From positions 1 to 64,000 of the forward strand of contig CDROCS010001038.1 in assembly GCA_977020255.1 (NCBI GenBank): a DNA stretch of 64,000 nt, read 5' to 3'. Shown here piece after piece: positions 60,426 through 64,000 of the stretch. The position numbers and the translations under genes were made by a program. Position 1 is the stretch's first letter, and every line of letters begins with the position of its first letter. This DNA comes from Obrimoposthia wandeli (lineage: Eukaryota). The notes beneath the pieces were generated by a model. That model had not been told where the DNA came from, ran no database searches, and was given only the letters and a program-made list of their open reading frames with translations.

Positions 60426-62435
60426 CTAATTTTTGTAAATTATATTTTTAAACATTTTTACGAAGTCATCATTGGGATCATCCGGGTCGTATTCCCTCCG
60501 ACTAAGTATAATTGGAGAAAGCGGTACTGGTTCCTTCTTCTTTGGCCTGCCCGGTTTCTTTTTCGGCTTCACCGGTTGCTGTACAGCATTTGTCCTTCCC
60601 TCAGGTTTTGGCAATAGTTGCCGCAATATTTTGGGAGGAGGTGCAGCCGATGTTGATGGCCCCGACATAGAAGCAGTAGCCTTCCTCTTCCGCGGAGCTT
60701 TCTTCTGTTTCTCCTCCTTCTCACGCTGAAGCTGGCGTGAGACCGCATCCTGTTGCCCACGCGAATCTGGAAGCATTACCGGTGTATCCAGTTCCGCCAG
60801 GAATTCGTCCAAACCAGCGTCATCCCAGGCCCTCTTCAAGTTCTGGCTGGTAGTTGGACGAGGAGAAGCAGTCTCATGCAGACGTGGTTGACTCGAGGGC
60901 GGACTTATCTCGATCGGCGAGACTGGGATCCTCTCGTATAAAATTGGACCGTCGTCCACTGGAGATGGGAGAATCTCCTGCTGGCCAATCACCGCCTCAG
61001 AATAATGGCCAATTGAGGTGCGAATTTTTCTCGAGCGCTTCGTCTTTTTCACCTCTGCCCGCTTTGTCCTTTTCTTAGGGAAAGGAGTAACTTCTCCCCA
61101 AGTCTCCTCAATTATCCGGACAGGTTCCTGCAAATGTAAACATTAATAAAATTTCAAATAAATTTTATTTAATTAAAAAAATATTTAAAATACCAAAAAA
61201 TTACCTCAATACTCATATACGGAAGTTTTTCCTGCCGCTCAATCGTTACTTCGCTCGATTTGAGCAGACAGGATTTCGCCTTTCTAAGACGCCGTGTCTT
61301 CCGTACAGCAGCCCGCCTCGTTCGCTTCTGTGGGAAAGGAGAAATTTTGGCCTATGTCTCCTCAGTTAATTGTATTGGTTCCTGCAACAACAAAAACATT
61401 AATAAAATTTAAACATATAAATAATTTACCTCTATGACGGGCAGATTAGCCTGTTTCACCAACTTGGCCTTCTTCCGATGGACCGTATTGGTTTTGACCC
61501 GGTGGCGTCGAGGTTTCTTAATCGCCGCTTGCTTCCTATCGACGGGTAGTCTCCGAGTTGCCTCCTCCCAAATTTCCTCCACCAATTCAGCTTCCTATTT
61601 GAATAATTAAATAAATTTACTAATTTATAATAAAATACCTCAAATTTAGCCGGAATCGGTAGGTAACGCTGATCACTCCTGGGATCATCCTGGCTACATT
61701 GACTCGCCAAGTACTGCGGTTCAATTAGACTCTCAATCGTGGTCACTGACGGTGCCAAATCCAGTTGCAGTTTCTGAAAATAAAATTAAAAAACATTTTA
61801 AATAAATGATGTCTAACCTCATTCGTCGCCTTTATTCTCCTAACAGGACGTATCGGAGATTGTGGTCTTCTGAATGGATCAGGCACTGCATTGTCGGGTA
61901 TTGGAGTCGGAGTTGTAGAGGGAGTGAGACCATCCCATTCGTCGGTGAACAGATGCCACTCATCTTAATCCAATTCTGCAACCATGGACTCGTTGGCTCC
62001 TGGGACTCCGATACTTGGCTGTATCCATTCCTCCCCATCCGACGAAAAGTCATCAGTAAACCGCTCCTCGTCTGAGTATGGTGCCAGTATTATCTCCGGT
62101 TGAGACAGCAGGATCAATTTCCAGGGGCATTTGATTGCCGCCTCAAAATTGTCGAAGAGATTGGATCTCCTTGCTGCTACTGCTGAAGTTGCCGGACGAT
62201 TGGCTTCTGTGTTCAGCCTGGGAGTACAGTCTTCCCAATTCTCTATCGAATCCTGACTAGTCAGATCGATATATTGGGATCTCTGTACCCCACCTCGTAC
62301 GCTCATTGGTTCTTCTCTTGGAGTTGAGCTGGCCAATGGTGCTTCTTCTTGTAACAGCTCCGCTCTTGCTGCTGCTTCTCCTTCGTCTCCTTAGCTCACC
62401 ACCGACGAGTCTTGACTAAGTAAGTCAATGTACAT
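60426..62435 (-). pseudogene. Five-exon, about 598-codon disordered Polinton protein, 3 premature stops, no frameshift
   Basis: Exons 62435-61818, 61773-61639, 61594-61430, 61381-61205 and 61127-60426, all multiples of 3. Four GT-AG introns (44, 44, 48, 77 nt), each after GAG. Confidence 0.85.
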
Positions 62436-62814
62436 TTAAGGTCATGATGACTAATTTGATGATTCACCAAATAAAAATGAAAATTATTTCGAATTTATGT
62501 AGTTGATTATTTAAAATCTTTTGCGACCCTATATATGTATCTTTCTTATAAATTCTTATAAAGAAAATTTTTTTTACGACCTTGTATATATGTATGGATA
62601 TAAATTTTCTCGCGTATAATTTTTCGCGAGCCTGTATGTATTACTCGTTGATCCACTGCGGGCCCGGAGGGCACGCTTTGGCCAAATTTACGGCCTCTCA
62701 GGACCTTAATCAAAATTTTGGGAGCATTATGAGATTTTTAAATTTAAAGGGTGTTATATGGAGTTAATTTTTTTTGAGTGTTTGGGAGGGGGGGTGTAGA
62801 ACATTTTTCTACAA

Positions 62815-62901
62815 ACCTGCACGAAATTTCACTCCACACACATGCACGGTTTTAAAGGACAGTAAGGGGGGTGTGGATTAGACCGGACACATCCACCTAC
62901 T
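62815..62901 (-). repeat. Right terminal inverted repeat of element B
   Basis: Reverse complement reads AGTAGGTGGATGTGTCCGGTCTAATCCACACCCCCC..CTGTCCTTTAAAACCGTGCATGTGTGTGGAGTGAAATTTCGTG. Confidence 0.92.
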
Positions 62902-63194
62902 ACTGTCAACAAAAACCGAAAAAAAGAATCTAATCTGCGGACTTTCTTTAATGTTGTCTTTAAACTAGACGCTGGTCACCTATGAGACCCGATGTTGATA
63001 TGGTTATGGATAGACACAGGTCGAGATTTATGACTGCTGACTCAGATTTACAAGGTCCATAGAGAGTGCGGTTCTTTTAACATGAGAAGATAATTCAGTG
63101 TATGTAGCTCCACAAATATGATAGGGCTCAGTGGGACCCATTCAAAACGTTTAAGTTCCATGACAGTTTTATTCTCTTTGTGAAATTAGCGAGT

Positions 63195-64000
63195 AAGTGC
63201 ACTTTAATGACACTTTATAAAGATAGCTGACATGCACTTAAGGTTAAACCCAATAATTGATCATTTTGAATAATTTTTATATTTTGTGATAATTTTAATT
63301 AATTTTGTCTCCCAATTATTACCTTCCTATTTATATAATATGTTCTGCTTTTAATTTATTTTTAATTATTGAATAACAAATAGTATATTCAAACATGATG
63401 GGATTTCTCCTGTCAGTAAACTACATATGTATCGATAATTCTTTCCAGAACTACGTTTATGAGAATCGAAGATTGAAATATCTGAAATAAGTTGTTATTC
63501 GAGAATTTAGAAATCGAACACAAATAAATAAAAATATAGCCTTTTATTTATAAAATAATTTTTGGATCTCATCTGGAATTATAATTTTCAAAAAGGAAAC
63601 CTCTTGGCTCCAGTGGAAGTGGAAAATACATTTCATATGTAAATTGTTACAAAATGAAACTATTTTCAATTTCAGTTTCAAAAATATTTATTGGCATCAT
63701 GGTATAGGAGACAAACGCGGTTTAACTCAAACATAAGTTTGCAAGTTGAAGGGAATAAAATTTATTAAAGGACTTGAAGCCTATTGATGCAAATGATTGA
63801 AAAAAGAAAATGTAATAATTATTGATAATTTGTATCAGGAAGTTAACAAAGAATCGAACTTTAATAATTTACTTTTTACATTAGCAATATCTAGAAGAGT
63901 TTTTCTATATTTATTTAATACATTTTTCCGTTTTAAAACTTTTTTCTAGACCCAAAAGGTCTAATAAATCATCTACAACAAAATATGGAAATGCTTTAAG
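63195..64000 (+). mobile_element. Decayed Polinton-derived segment, direct homolog of 42125-43140, with an inverted basic-protein fragment at the end
   Basis: Shared start TAAGTGCACTTTAATGACAC; ATPase remnant APVEVENTFHM/IIIDNLYQE; 63865-64000 is the reverse complement of the 50520-50660 gene region. Confidence 0.8.

Larger units (their letters stand above)
45583..62901 (+). mobile_element. Full-length Polinton/Maverick (element B), 17.3 kb
   Basis: TIRs begin AGTAGGTGGATGTGTCCGGTCTAAT at both ends. TSD ACTGTC at 45577-45582 and 62902-62907. Contains ATPase, integrase, minor and major capsid, protease and pPolB. Confidence 0.96.

Noticed and set aside
36660-61360. Alternative genetic code (TGA read as Trp or Cys), suggested by TGA at expected Trp/Cys positions in SYF2, gene B, the protease, pPolB copy 3 and the TBP remnant
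   Set aside because: TAG also replaces Trp (about 36670 and 61352), sister copies have TGG/TGC/TGT at several of these sites, and TGA is the normal stop of the ETS last exon. Ordinary G-to-A decay explains it.
42125-63860. 42125-43140 and 63195-63860 as long direct repeats (LTR-like) flanking element B
   Set aside because: Element B has its own TIRs and TSD, and these segments are Polinton ATPase-region derivatives with no TG..CA ends, PBS or PPT.
1-64000. tRNA or rRNA genes
   Set aside because: No cloverleaf or rRNA-like conserved sequence was recognised by eye; a tRNAscan or Infernal run would be needed to exclude them.

Overview
AT-rich animal genomic DNA. The first 30 kb holds a frameshift-riddled ETS transcription-factor gene (exons at about 435-1278, 2387-3104 and 6892-7015) and a field of decayed transposons: mariner, Tc1, hAT/SPIN-like, pogo/Tigger, R2/NeSL-like RT, LINE 3' ends, and a Penelope-like terminus with a hammerhead ribozyme. 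From 30 kb to the end the window is a nest of related Polinton/Maverick (adintovirus-like) elements. One is complete at 45583-62901, with AGTAGG termini and a 6-bp ACTGTC target-site duplication. It carries pPolB, integrase, packaging ATPase, major and minor capsid and an adenain-like protease, many now broken by stops or indels, and an intact DD35E Tc1/IS630-type transposon is inserted into it. Its unusual cargo is the highlight: a two-lobed TATA-binding-protein (TBP)-like gene, with a second diverged copy in the neighbouring element; a 5-exon, about 598-codon disordered protein with SUMO-interaction-like, acidic and AT-hook-like motifs; a spliced Zn-finger/acidic leader joined to pPolB through an LGGG site; two tandem paralogous unknown genes; and CCAAT+TATA promoters. 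Together these suggest an intron-rich Polinton with its own transcription-control module. An intronless, disrupted SYF2 splicing-factor copy lies about 490 bp left of the element. All calls are by eye, no searches were run, and some indels may be assembly errors.
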